Assembly (NCBI GenBank): GCA_041484665.1
Contig: JBGPIA010000017.1
Span: 1 to 64,000, forward strand
Length of the DNA stretch: 64,000 nt
Direction of reading: 5' to 3'
Source: Candidatus Krumholzibacteriia bacterium
GTDB lineage: Bacteria; Krumholzibacteriota; Krumholzibacteriia; JAJRXK01
Each line of letters begins with the position of its first letter. Position 1 is the first letter of the stretch. Below the pieces are notes generated by a model. That model had not been told where the DNA came from and searched no databases. It saw only the letters and a program-made list of their open reading frames with translations. Below are positions 28,884 to 38,395 of this stretch, in pieces. A program made the translations under genes and the position numbers.

Positions 28884-31800
28884 TCAGATTCCGTTGGCTA
28901 CGAACGCCGCCCAGTAGAAAGGATGCGTCGGCCGGCCCGATCGCCGGCGGTCCTGGAGCACGGTGCGGCTCGCTGTGCGCATCGCCGCGAAGGCTCGGGT
29001 CTCACCGCGGGCCCGCGCGCCGTAGAGCGCCCGCATCCACTCGCGCGTTGCCTCGTCCGCGATCGACCACTGACTGGCGATCACCGTGCGCGCGCCGGCG
29101 AGCCGGAACGCGCGCCGCATGCCAATCGACCCTTCGCGCGGCCATTGCTGGCCGACGCCCGACTGACAGGCCGACAGCACGACCCAGTCGACGCCGCCCA
29201 GATCGAGCGTCACCACCTCTTCCGCCGTGAGCAGCCCATCGTTCTCGTCGAGACCGCCCGACTGCGCGCGGTTTGCCCCCGCGAGCGCGAGCCACACCTG
29301 GCGACCCCGCCACGGTGACGTAGCGGGGGGCGGCGCCGACGGCGCGGCCTTCGCCGACGGGGCAGAACCCGACCCTGCACCCGGCTGCCCGGCAACCGGC
29401 TCGACTCCACCGACGCCCCGCGTTCCGGCGTGCACCGGCGCGCATGCATCGCCCCAGACGATGCCGTGCGTCGCGATGTGCAGCAGCTTGCACCCCGGCG
29501 CCTCGGCCTTGAAGGCCTCTTCCGAGGCTCCTGCGCCCACGCGTCGCTCGGCCGGTACGTCCGAGTGGGTGGCGTCCCAGGCTCGGGCGACCTCCTCGAT
29601 TTCGCGCCGGGCGCCCGGCAGCGGCGGGAGCGCGAGGTGCTCGGGCGCACCGCAGTCCCCGAACGGCCCACGCATCGCCACGACCTGCACGCCAGCCGCG
29701 GGTGCGGGCCGGTCACCCGTCGCATTGAAATCGGGGTCGCCCATGGCCAGCAAGCCCCCACTGCGCTCCACAGCGGGCGCGAGCAGCTCGCGCTCGGCTC
29801 CGGGAAGCTGGATCGCGGGTCCGGTCTCCACGAGGTAGCCGTCGCGGCCGTCGGGCAGCGCCTGCCAGGGCAAGTCCGCCAGCGCGCCGTCGGCGACGAG
29901 GACCACCTCGCGCGCAGTGCCGATGGCCAGTCGGAACCGGTCCCAGGTGGCAGCACGCACTTCCTGACCGAGGCGCTGGCAGATCCGTTCCGCTTCCCGT
30001 TCGTGCCCGGGCGCTGGCGGCGCAGCCAGCGCCGTGCGCCATGCAGACAGCTTTGGACCAAGCTCGCTCGATCGCCCGAGGTCGATCCAATACAGCGCGC
30101 CCCGGGGACCGGTAGTCGCGAAGGCTACAAACCGGGCAGGATCGCCGCGCGAGGCCAGCTCCACCACAGAAATCAGTGCCTGATCCGCACGCAGCGCTGC
30201 GCGGACGTGCACAAAGTCCGCATCGCCCGTGCCTTGGGCAATGCCGCGCGCGGCGGTCAGCGCGACGTAGCGCCCCTCCGCTTCTTCCGCCGCTGTGCGA
30301 GCGCCCTCGAGACGGGCGGCCGCCACGGAATCGCCAGTCGCACCTCCGTTGGCGACTTCCAGGCGTGCGCTGCGCCCACGCGCCGCGAGCCAGCGCGAGT
30401 GCGCCGCAAACAGCGCGGTGTCCGCCGCGGCCCCGTGGGGCTGCCGGCGCCCCGTAACTTCTGCAGCCACCATGCCACGCCAGTGCACGAGGCGGTCCCA
30501 GGCGGTCGCGATGGCCTCGGGCCCGCCGGCGCGGGCCAGCGAGACCACCAGATCGAGGGGCTCGGCCAGGCCCTCAGCGAGCTCGAGCGCGCGCCGGTCG
30601 GCAAGCGCGCGGATGTTGAACAGCAATCGCGCGCGCTCGATTCGCTCGGCTTCCAGTGCGTCCCTCCACGCGAGATCATGCTCGCCTCGCCACGCTTCGG
30701 TCCGCGCGCGCATGCGGCAGTAATTGGCGTAGGGGATGGTGTTCCGCAGCGAAGGGTCACCGACCACCACGGCCATCTTGCGCAACGTGCTGTCGGCGCC
30801 CGCCGAGTCCCCCGCTGCGATCTGCACGGTGATCAATCCCTCGGTGAGGATCGACATGACGGGGAGCGTGGGACGGCCGCTCGCCTCCTCGCGCGCGAGC
30901 GCGACCTGGAGCACCTTTCGAGCCGCGGCGAGCTCACCGCGTTTCAGTAGCAGCTCTCCGTACCAACGATCGGCATAGTTCAGCGTGTGGCCGGCGTCGA
31001 GTGGCTTGCGGCCGAGCGCCTCGCGCGCCTTCGTCAGATGGATCATCGCTGCCGCGGTGTCCCCCATCATGGTGGACGCCAGGCCGATCTCCATGCGGAT
31101 CGACTCCGTTCGCGTATTCCCGTCGCCGAAAGCCGCCCGCGCCGGCTCGAGCAACGCTTCGAACCGCGCTCGCGCGCCGGCGTAGTCCCCGAAATCGAAG
31201 AGACGCAGCGCGATGTTGTAGCGGAGCGGCACAATGCGCGCGCTGGTGGGACCCTCGTCTTTCTCGCGGATGGTGACCGCGCGCTCGAGCGTCTCGATCG
31301 ACCCCGCGATGTCACCGCACAGATACTGCACGTTCGCCAGCTGGCTCAAGGGCGTCGTGAGTTCGGGCCGCATCGGGCCGAGCGATCGTTCGAGCAGCCC
31401 GATGGCACGCTCGAGGTGGGAGCGCGCATCGTCGACGCGGTCCATGACTGTGTAGGTGGCGCCCAACTCCGCGAGCGCGGAGGCCACCCGCGGGTGCTCA
31501 GGGCCGTTGCGGCGCTCCGCCAAGCGTCTCGCCGTTTCGAGGGCCACGAGCGCGGAGTCGGGCTGTCCGCTCCTGCGGAACGCGCGTCCCGTGACCATCC
31601 ACAGGTCGAGCAGCATCGAGTCCGACCCGGCAACCGTAGGCAGGCACAGCCGACGCGCACGCTCGAAATGGACCAGCGCCGAATCCGACCGATCCTGCTC
31701 CATCAGCACGCGTCCGAGCAGCGTGTGCGTGGCGACCCACAACGCGGTATCGGGATGGGCAAGCCGCTGCAGGATCGCCAGACTGCGGGCGGCGCCCGTC

Positions 31801-32087
31801 GCCGCGAGCGAATCCCGGAACTGTGCCTGCGCAAGGCGCACGGCGCTGCGCAGCTCGAGCGCGCGCGCCATTGCGCTCGAATCCGGCGGCTGGGATCGCT
31901 CGGCGCGCTTGAGGACGATGACCGCCGCACTATCGCACGCGGACCAGCGGCCCGCGACCCACAGCCGCTTGGCTTCGCGGAGTGCCTCGGAGCTCGGCGT
32001 CTCCCGCGGCGGGGACGCCGCGATCGCCCACGCCGCGAGGGTGGCGAGGAACAGCGCACGGAAAGGCATTGCGGCAACCCGTCGCAC
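28884..32087 (-). CDS. Intact exported TPR-CHAT (caspase-like) protease (CHAT2)
   Basis: Signal peptide; TPR array; catalytic His LHIATHG and Cys VVLSACQSG; ASQWSIAD; HPFYWAAF. Confidence 0.92.
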   Translation of the reverse strand: MRRVAAMPFRALFLATLAAWAIAASPPRETPSSEALREAKRLWVAGRWSACDSAAVIVLKRAERSQPPDSSAMARALELRSAVRLAQAQFRDSLAATGAARSLAILQRLAHPDTALWVATHTLLGRVLMEQDRSDSALVHFERARRLCLPTVAGSDSMLLDLWMVTGRAFRRSGQPDSALVALETARRLAERRNGPEHPRVASALAELGATYTVMDRVDDARSHLERAIGLLERSLGPMRPELTTPLSQLANVQYLCGDIAGSIETLERAVTIREKDEGPTSARIVPLRYNIALRLFDFGDYAGARARFEALLEPARAAFGDGNTRTESIRMEIGLASTMMGDTAAAMIHLTKAREALGRKPLDAGHTLNYADRWYGELLLKRGELAAARKVLQVALAREEASGRPTLPVMSILTEGLITVQIAAGDSAGADSTLRKMAVVVGDPSLRNTIPYANYCRMRARTEAWRGEHDLAWRDALEAERIERARLLFNIRALADRRALELAEGLAEPLDLVVSLARAGGPEAIATAWDRLVHWRGMVAAEVTGRRQPHGAAADTALFAAHSRWLAARGRSARLEVANGGATGDSVAAARLEGARTAAEEAEGRYVALTAARGIAQGTGDADFVHVRAALRADQALISVVELASRGDPARFVAFATTGPRGALYWIDLGRSSELGPKLSAWRTALAAPPAPGHEREAERICQRLGQEVRAATWDRFRLAIGTAREVVLVADGALADLPWQALPDGRDGYLVETGPAIQLPGAERELLAPAVERSGGLLAMGDPDFNATGDRPAPAAGVQVVAMRGPFGDCGAPEHLALPPLPGARREIEEVARAWDATHSDVPAERRVGAGASEEAFKAEAPGCKLLHIATHGIVWGDACAPVHAGTRGVGGVEPVAGQPGAGSGSAPSAKAAPSAPPPATSPWRGRQVWLALAGANRAQSGGLDENDGLLTAEEVVTLDLGGVDWVVLSACQSGVGQQWPREGSIGMRRAFRLAGARTVIASQWSIADEATREWMRALYGARARGETRAFAAMRTASRTVLQDRRRSGRPTHPFYWAAFVANGI

Positions 32088-32283
32088 GGTTCGCTCCGGT
32101 CCGAGGTCACCAGGGCGTGGACCGCATTTCAGCCCCCCAGCGTCCGGGGGCCGCGCGTCCCACCCGCGGATCGGCGGATACGGATTCTATCCGCCCGCCC
32201 TCCACGATACACCTCACCGGTCGCGGCGTCCCGAGGCCTGCGAGCGCCCCCAGGCCGGCGTTCTCGTGGGGCACGAACCTGGT

Positions 32284-33045
32284 TCAGCCGATTCCTTGGA
32301 GGATTGCCAGGGTGGCGCCCGTCGGATCGAGCAGAACTGCGGCCCGACCGACCTCCGGGATGTCCATCGGCGGCGCGGCGATCGTGCCTCCGAGCTGTTG
32401 CGCGCGCGCGGCCGTCCCCAGCGCGTCGTCAACGGCCACATAGGACAGCCACAGCGGTGGGTGGGGCGCGTCGGCAGGCATCTTCATGATTCCGGCGATC
32501 GCACCGTCGCCGCGCAGCAAAAGCGTGTACTTGCCTGCCGGCCCCCTGTCCCGCTCCTTGCTTCCCCAGCCGAAGAGCGAGGTGTAGAAGCTCTTCGCCC
32601 CGTGGACATCGTTGGTGAGAAGCTCGTCCCAGCAGAACACGCCCGCGCGCACCGGCGTCGCGGGCTCGGCAGGGGCGGCGCCTTTGGGAGTGAAGGGTGA
32701 GAAGAGCGCCTTTTGCGGGTCGTTCACCAGGGCGAAGCGTCCCGGCGGGATGTCAGTGGCGCCGAAGCATACGTCGCCTCCCAGCTCGTGGATCCGCTTG
32801 CAGCAGTCCTCGACACTCTCGACGTACACGTACGGCACCCAGTGCGACGGGTACCCGTGGCTCTTGTCGAACGGCATGATCGCGCCCAGGACCTGCGCCC
32901 CCACGGAAAGGCGCACGACGGTGAATCCCATTACCTTCAGTTGGCTCGTGTGCCATCCGAACAGCTCGCCGTAGAACCGGGTCCCGGCGGCGATGTCGGT
33001 ACACATCAGGTCGTGACGGATGAAGCGGCCAGGTGAGGTGCCCAT
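32284..33045 (-). CDS. Two-domain VOC/glyoxalase-family protein
   Basis: Duplicated FY..LFGW, WVPYVYVESV / WLSYVAVDD, DIPPGRFA..DPQ / DIPEVGR..DPTGA. Confidence 0.9.
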   Translation of the reverse strand: MGTSPGRFIRHDLMCTDIAAGTRFYGELFGWHTSQLKVMGFTVVRLSVGAQVLGAIMPFDKSHGYPSHWVPYVYVESVEDCCKRIHELGGDVCFGATDIPPGRFALVNDPQKALFSPFTPKGAAPAEPATPVRAGVFCWDELLTNDVHGAKSFYTSLFGWGSKERDRGPAGKYTLLLRGDGAIAGIMKMPADAPHPPLWLSYVAVDDALGTAARAQQLGGTIAAPPMDIPEVGRAAVLLDPTGATLAILQGIG

Positions 33046-33295
33046 CGCTTCTCCTCGTAGCGGGGAATGTAGAGGCTACCATGGGAGCTTCCGCCGTCGC
33101 CACTGTCAGGCGCGAGCCCTTCACGATCGAGGAATCCCGCGCCCCTGGCTCGCCGTCCATCCCACCACAGCGCAGCAGACACGCACAGCCCCGACGCGGG
33201 CAGACGGCCGGCTGGTGGGCTATCATCCGGTCAGTCCTGGGCAGCCCGTGGCCCAGGCCACCCGCTCACCCACTCGCCCTCCCCGAGGTGTCGAC

Positions 33296-34270
33296 ATGCC
33301 CAAGGCGATGCGCATCCACAAGACAGGCGGCCCCGAGGCGCTGACCTGGGAAGAAGTCGAGCTGAAGGCGCCCGGGCCCGGCGAGGCGCTGCTGCGCCAC
33401 ACTGCCGTGGGCCTCAATTTCGTCGACGCCTATCACCGCAGCGGACTCTATCCAAATCCACTCCCGTTCATCGTCGGCGGCGAAGGTGCTGGCATCGTCG
33501 AGGCGGTGGGTCCTGGCGTCACGGAGGTGCAGGTCGGGGATCGCGTCGCGTACGGCAGTGCGCCGATCGGCTCGTATGCCGAGCAACGCCTCATCCCGGC
33601 GGGGCGCCTCGTCAAGCTGCCGGGCAGCATCTCCGATGAGCTGGCGGCCGCGATCATGCTCAAAGGCATGACCACCTGGTATCTGATCCGGCGGACCTAT
33701 CCGGTCAAGGCGGGCGACACCATCCTCATGCACGCGGCGGCGGGCGGCGTGGGCCTGCTGCTGTGCCAGTGGGCCAAGGCACTGGGCGCTACCGTCATCG
33801 GCACCGTGGGCAGCCGCGAGAAGGCGAACCTCGCCCGGGAGCACGGCTGCGACCACGTGATCCTCTACCGTGAGCAAGATGTCCCCACCGAGGTGAAGAT
33901 GCTCACCAAGGGCGCCGGCCTGCCGGTGGTCTATGACGGTGTCGGCAAGGACACCTTCATGGGTTCGCTCGACTGCCTCGCTCCGCGCGGCCTGATGGTG
34001 AGCTTCGGCAACGCATCCGGCGTGGTGCCTCCGTTCAGCATCGGAATCCTGTCGCAGAAGGGGTCGCTGTACCTGACGCGGCCCACGTTGCATAGCTACG
34101 TGGCGCGTCGAGAGGACCTGCTGGCGGCGGCGAGCGAGCTGTTCGAGGTCGTGGCCAGCGGCGCCGTCAAGGTCGAGGTCAACCAGTCCTACGCGCTGAA
34201 GGACGCGGCACAAGCGCACCGCGACCTCGAAGCCCGCAGGACCACCGGTTCGACGGTGCTGATCCCGTGA
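33296..34270 (+). CDS. qor: NADPH:quinone oxidoreductase (zeta-crystallin/MDR family)
   Basis: GGPEAL, AVGLNFVDAYHRSGLY, HAAAGGVG, VVYDGVGKDTF, KGSLYLTRPTL, RRTTGSTVLIP; GAGG RBS. Confidence 0.93.
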   Translation: MPKAMRIHKTGGPEALTWEEVELKAPGPGEALLRHTAVGLNFVDAYHRSGLYPNPLPFIVGGEGAGIVEAVGPGVTEVQVGDRVAYGSAPIGSYAEQRLIPAGRLVKLPGSISDELAAAIMLKGMTTWYLIRRTYPVKAGDTILMHAAAGGVGLLLCQWAKALGATVIGTVGSREKANLAREHGCDHVILYREQDVPTEVKMLTKGAGLPVVYDGVGKDTFMGSLDCLAPRGLMVSFGNASGVVPPFSIGILSQKGSLYLTRPTLHSYVARREDLLAAASELFEVVASGAVKVEVNQSYALKDAAQAHRDLEARRTTGSTVLIP

Positions 34271-34610
34271 GGCCCGCGGCCTCCCGCAGGCTGCCTTCCA
34301 GCATCCCTTCCCGCGATGCACGGCTCTGGCGGAGCGCCGCAGGGTTCGCTGGCGCCGCTCTCCGCCACGCCGGATGCCACGATTCGGGATTCCGCCCGCG
34401 AATCGTTGCCTCCTGCCGCACGATCGTGTACAGTCCCCAGCGCTAGCCTGGTTCGCATGGGTCCGGTTCCAGCACCTGCATCCTGCCTGACATCCGACCA
34501 CCGGCTGCGCTGCGGACCCAATCCGGCCGGGCCGATCCCGCGCAGTGGAGTCACGCTCCATCAGCTCTGCCGCGCTCAACTTCGGACATCGCTACGTTGG
34601 AGGTTCCACG

Positions 34611-34991
34611 ATGAGGATCACGCGTCATCGCCTATCCAAGGTGTATGTCCTGCTCACGATCGCCGCGTTGCTCGTGCCGAGCGTATCGATGGGCACGGTG
34701 CTCTTCGGGCACGCGTACGCCATGTACTACAACCGGGTGCCGGCGACGCCCAACTTCGACACGGGCATCATCTACATGTGGAACGGGATGGTCTACGTCG
34801 GCTCGGCCACCATCCCGGGAATGGCCGCCGGCGGGCCCATCAATCTCGAGATCTGGGAGACGATACGCGAGGGCATGAACAACAGGAGGTTCACGATCCT
34901 GTTCACCAACGCCAACCCCATCAACGCGTGCCCCTTCTGCAACGATGGTTCGACGGGAGTCCTCGACGCCTTCGTGGTCACGATCTTCTAA
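34611..34991 (+). CDS. Small exported hypothetical protein with CPFC motif
   Basis: GGAGG RBS before ATG 34611; hydrophobic signal VLLTIAALLVPSVSMG; coding-like codon bias. Confidence 0.7.
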   Translation: MRITRHRLSKVYVLLTIAALLVPSVSMGTVLFGHAYAMYYNRVPATPNFDTGIIYMWNGMVYVGSATIPGMAAGGPINLEIWETIREGMNNRRFTILFTNANPINACPFCNDGSTGVLDAFVVTIF

Positions 34992-35001
34992 GGCGTCCGA
35001 A

Positions 35002-35811
35002 ATGCGCTGGCTCCACTCCTTTCTCGCCGGTGCGCGTGCGGGCGCGCCCGACCGGGGCCTGGCTCCGCAGGGCGTGGCCCTGCTGAGCGCGGCCGCATTG
35101 GCCATGGCACCGTCGGCCACCGCGCTCGTGTGCGGCTGCGGCTCACGCGAGCCGCAGGGCGCCGTGCAAAACGGCGCTCGCACTGCCACGCAAGCGACGT
35201 CACCGCACCCCTCCCAGGTGATGCCCGCCTTCTTCCCCGCCGACGCGCTGCGCCTGGACGGTCCGGGCGACGTCGTGCTCGTCGAGGGAAAGCACGGCAT
35301 CCGGCTGACCGTGGGCGAGTACAACGCGCGCACCGAGGACGAGCGCATCATGAGCGGCCTGGACACGCTCGCGGCTCGCCAGTCGCTCCTGGACCGGCTG
35401 ATCGACTTCAAGGTCGCCGCTGTCGAGGCGCGCCTGCGCGGGTACACCGCGACGGCGGCCGCCAACACGTTCGAGGAGGAGCGCGAGCTGGCGCAGCAAA
35501 TCCTGCAGCGGTCCATCCAGGACGCCACCAGCATCGGTGACGAGGAGGCGCGCGCGTTCGCGCAGTCCCACGCCGACCGCCTTCCGCAGGCCACGCCGGA
35601 GCAGCTCTCAGACCCAGGGTTCCTGATGCACGTGAAGTACATCATGCAGGACCAGCGTCTGCGCGAGCGGCTTACGACCTGGCAAGCGCGTGAGGAGGTC
35701 ACGGTCCGTCGCGACCGTTTCGAGGCGCTGGGGCGCGGCGCCCCGCCTTCCGCGCACGCGGCTGCGGCGGCCGACCCGAAACCCGAATCCACGAAGGAGC
35801 CTCGACCATGA
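35002..35811 (+). CDS. Putative lipoprotein with SurA/PrsA N-terminal chaperone-like helical domain
   Basis: Lipobox-like LVCGC; LTVGEYN..RQSLLDRLIDFKVAAVEARLRG..IGDEEARAF; no parvulin motif seen. Confidence 0.6.
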   Translation: MRWLHSFLAGARAGAPDRGLAPQGVALLSAAALAMAPSATALVCGCGSREPQGAVQNGARTATQATSPHPSQVMPAFFPADALRLDGPGDVVLVEGKHGIRLTVGEYNARTEDERIMSGLDTLAARQSLLDRLIDFKVAAVEARLRGYTATAAANTFEEERELAQQILQRSIQDATSIGDEEARAFAQSHADRLPQATPEQLSDPGFLMHVKYIMQDQRLRERLTTWQAREEVTVRRDRFEALGRGAPPSAHAAAAADPKPESTKEPRP

Positions 35812-36581
35812 GAGCCACACGAAGCCGCGCCCGGCCACTGCTGCTGCTGTTGGCAGTGCTGGCGGTGGCCGCGAGCGCCCTTGCCCTGGCGACGGGGCCG
35901 GATATCACGCCCCCACCGGGACTGCTCTATCGCCCGCACTTCATCGATCGCGAGGGGAACGTGCTCGTGCCTAGCCTCGAGCCACCCCCGGGCGTCGACA
36001 CACGGACGGTGTTCATCGACCGCGACGGCACGGTGCGCGAAACCCTGCTGGTGCCACCCGCGGGCATCGACCAGCGACCGCTGTTCATCGACCGCGACGG
36101 CCACCTGACCCAGACGGAGCTGGATCCTCCGCCCGGGCTAGTGAGCGCTGGGCCGTTCATCAAGCGGGACGGGACCATTGACCGCACGCTGGCGGACTTG
36201 CTACCGGTGCCGCCGGGACTCGACCAGAGACCGCCCTTCATCGGCCGCGACGGAGAGCTCCTGCAGACCGGCAGCGCTGCGCCGCCGGCAGAGGGCAAGC
36301 TGCTGAAGCTGCAGTTGCAGGGGGTCTATCCGAACCCCTTCAACCCCGCCGTGGAAGTCAGCTTTCGTTTGCGCGCGCCCGCGCGGGTGCAGGTTGCCGT
36401 GCTGGATCCGCGCGGTCGCCTGATCCGCGTGTTGCAGGACGGCGCGCTGACGGCCGACCTGCACGTGCTGCGCTGGGACGGCCGCGATGCCGCAGGCCGA
36501 CCGGTCGCGGCAGGGAGCTACCTGTTCCGGGTGCGCGCCGACGGCGAGGAGGTCGTCGGGCGCGGCGTCCTGGTGAAGTAG
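35808..36581 (+). CDS. Exported protein with five ~24-aa PPxG..FIxRxG repeats and FlgD-type CTD
   Basis: Signal peptide; repeats visible in translation; YPNPFNP..WDGRDAAG..GSY..GVLVK; ATGA overlap. Confidence 0.85.
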   Translation: MRATRSRARPLLLLLAVLAVAASALALATGPDITPPPGLLYRPHFIDREGNVLVPSLEPPPGVDTRTVFIDRDGTVRETLLVPPAGIDQRPLFIDRDGHLTQTELDPPPGLVSAGPFIKRDGTIDRTLADLLPVPPGLDQRPPFIGRDGELLQTGSAAPPAEGKLLKLQLQGVYPNPFNPAVEVSFRLRAPARVQVAVLDPRGRLIRVLQDGALTADLHVLRWDGRDAAGRPVAAGSYLFRVRADGEEVVGRGVLVK

Positions 36582-36589
36582 ATGGACCC

Positions 36590-36724
36590 GACGATCTGGA
36601 CGAAGCAGACGAACCCGACGACTCGGGCGAACTAGACGAGCCTGACGGACCAGGCAACGCAGACGAAACACACGAAGCCAACAAATCAGACGAAGCGGAC
36701 AACTTCGTCAGCGGGGACGAAGCG
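36590..36724 (+). repeat. Degenerate 9-bp tandem repeat, ~15 units, consensus GACGAAnnn
   Basis: gacgatctg gacgaagca gacgaaccc gacgactcg ggcgaacta gacgagcct ... gacgaagcg. Confidence 0.7.
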
Positions 36725-36762
36725 GGAGCGCGCCATTCCGATGGCCGTGCGATCGCGCAAGA

Positions 36763-36794
36763 GAGAGCGCCCGGGCAAATGCCCGGGCGCTCTC
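36763..36794. terminator. Perfect 14-bp hairpin between convergent genes
   Basis: GAGAGCGCCCGGGC-AAAT-GCCCGGGCGCTCTC. Confidence 0.65.
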
Positions 36795-36799
36795 CTGTG

Positions 36800-38320
36800 G
36801 AGTCTTTGACCCGCGCGACTGCGGCCCCTCGGTATCCCACGAGGAATGAAGCCACATCGGGCTCCTGTGTGGCCTTCGAGACGGCCCACAAACTGATCCC
36901 CTCGAGCGTCTGTGGGCCAGGTTCCGCGGACCCCCGGTGAAGTTCGGCGCGCGGTCCTTGAAGAATGCCTCGACATCGGCCCAGTGCGCCTCGGCGCAGA
37001 ACGCCCAGCCCTCGAACGGGAGGTAGGCCCCGGAGTCGCGCGGGAACTTCGTTACGATGACGTCGAAGTTCTGCTCGACGAAGGCGTAGACGATCAGTCG
37101 GGACGTCTCGTCTTCGAGGTCGGCAAACAGCAGCGCGATTGCCTCCCGAGCGTCGAACTCGTCGGTCAAGAAGATCGCGAGCGCCTGCTTCTCGATCGTG
37201 GGGTTCCGGAACGAGCCCATCGCCGAGAGCAACTTGCCGCGATCCCGGCGCTCCGTCGCTTTGATTGCCTCGACGAGGTATAGATCGAAGAGCTCCTGCT
37301 CTCCCTGCGCGGCCGCCACGTTGAGCACGGTGCAGGCCATGTCGGCTGACACCGCCGTTCGATCCTTCAGCCACGTTCGAGCAAGCCGATCGGCTGCGGT
37401 CCGCAGCTGCGGGTCTTCTCCATTGTCCGCGACCAAACCCACCACCGTCTGACGCAGCAGCCGCGTGTCGTCGTCCTCCCCCCCGCTTGGCGATGTAGCC
37501 GAGCAAACGGGCCTTCTCTCCAAACATCTCCCGGATGAAGCGCGCGTAATTCGGCCCCAGCGCGGTCAACACGAGATGACCCCGGACGTAGCCGGCGATT
37601 CCGGCCATCGCGTCGACGATCTCGCGATTCGGGTCGTGGGCGAATCTCGGAACCAGAGCCGGCGCCTCGCCCATCGGGACGGCTCCACCCATCGCGAGCG
37701 CGCTGACATCGCGCAGGACACCCACCCTCTCCGGCAGACTGAGCGCCTTCCCGTCGTCTCGCAACGGATGCTGAAGCAGCTCGCCGCGATAGAGCGTCCG
37801 GTAGTAGCCCGCCTCGCCGTCATTCGCGAGAACCCAGTCACAACAGCCCGCCATTCCGTAGAGCTCGATCTCGGCGCTCTGTGCAACAACCAGCCGGCAG
37901 GTCCGATTCTCCTGGCCGCCGATGCTCCAGCGGATGCAAACCGGGATCTTCCAGAGCTGTTCCGCGGCGCCCTGCGAGCCCATCGGAAGGAACCGCTTCT
38001 GCGACACGACGAGACGCGCCGGCTGCTTGTCCGCGCAGCGAAGCTCGGACGAGACGACCGGTGCTCCCGCCTGATCGAGAAACGTCGAGAACGCGCGAGC
38101 GACTCCTGGACCACCTTCGGCTTTGAGCGCGCCGAGGAAATCCTCCGCCGTGGCGCTGCTGTGGGCGTGCGCCGTCAGGTACCGCTTCACACCGGTCTGG
38201 AACTTCTGCTCGCCCATCCACAACTCGAACATCCACCGGACCGTGGCGCCCTTCCCGTAGGTGATCCCGTCGAATGCGTTCTCGATGTCATGATTTGAGA
38301 TGGTCGGCACCGGATCCTGC
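36800..38320 (-). pseudogene. 5'-truncated, frameshifted M1 aminopeptidase with ERAP1-like C-terminus
   Basis: ENAFDGITYGKGA, LWKIPVCIR, GYYRTLY; HExxH/GAMEN half absent; frameshifts at the C7 run 37478-37484 and near 36910. Confidence 0.8.
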
Positions 38321-38395
38321 TGATTCCGGGCGGTAACATCTCTTCATGTGCTCCAGAACGATCTCAAGGTCCGCGCCTGGATCGTGGATCGCCCC

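Noticed and set aside
36590..36724. Possible CRISPR array
   Set aside because: 9-bp degenerate period with no 23-50 bp identical repeats or spacers, and no cas genes
37478..37484. Phase-variable homopolymer (C7) in the M1 peptidase
   Set aside because: The gene also lacks its catalytic half and has a second frameshift, so slippage could not restore function
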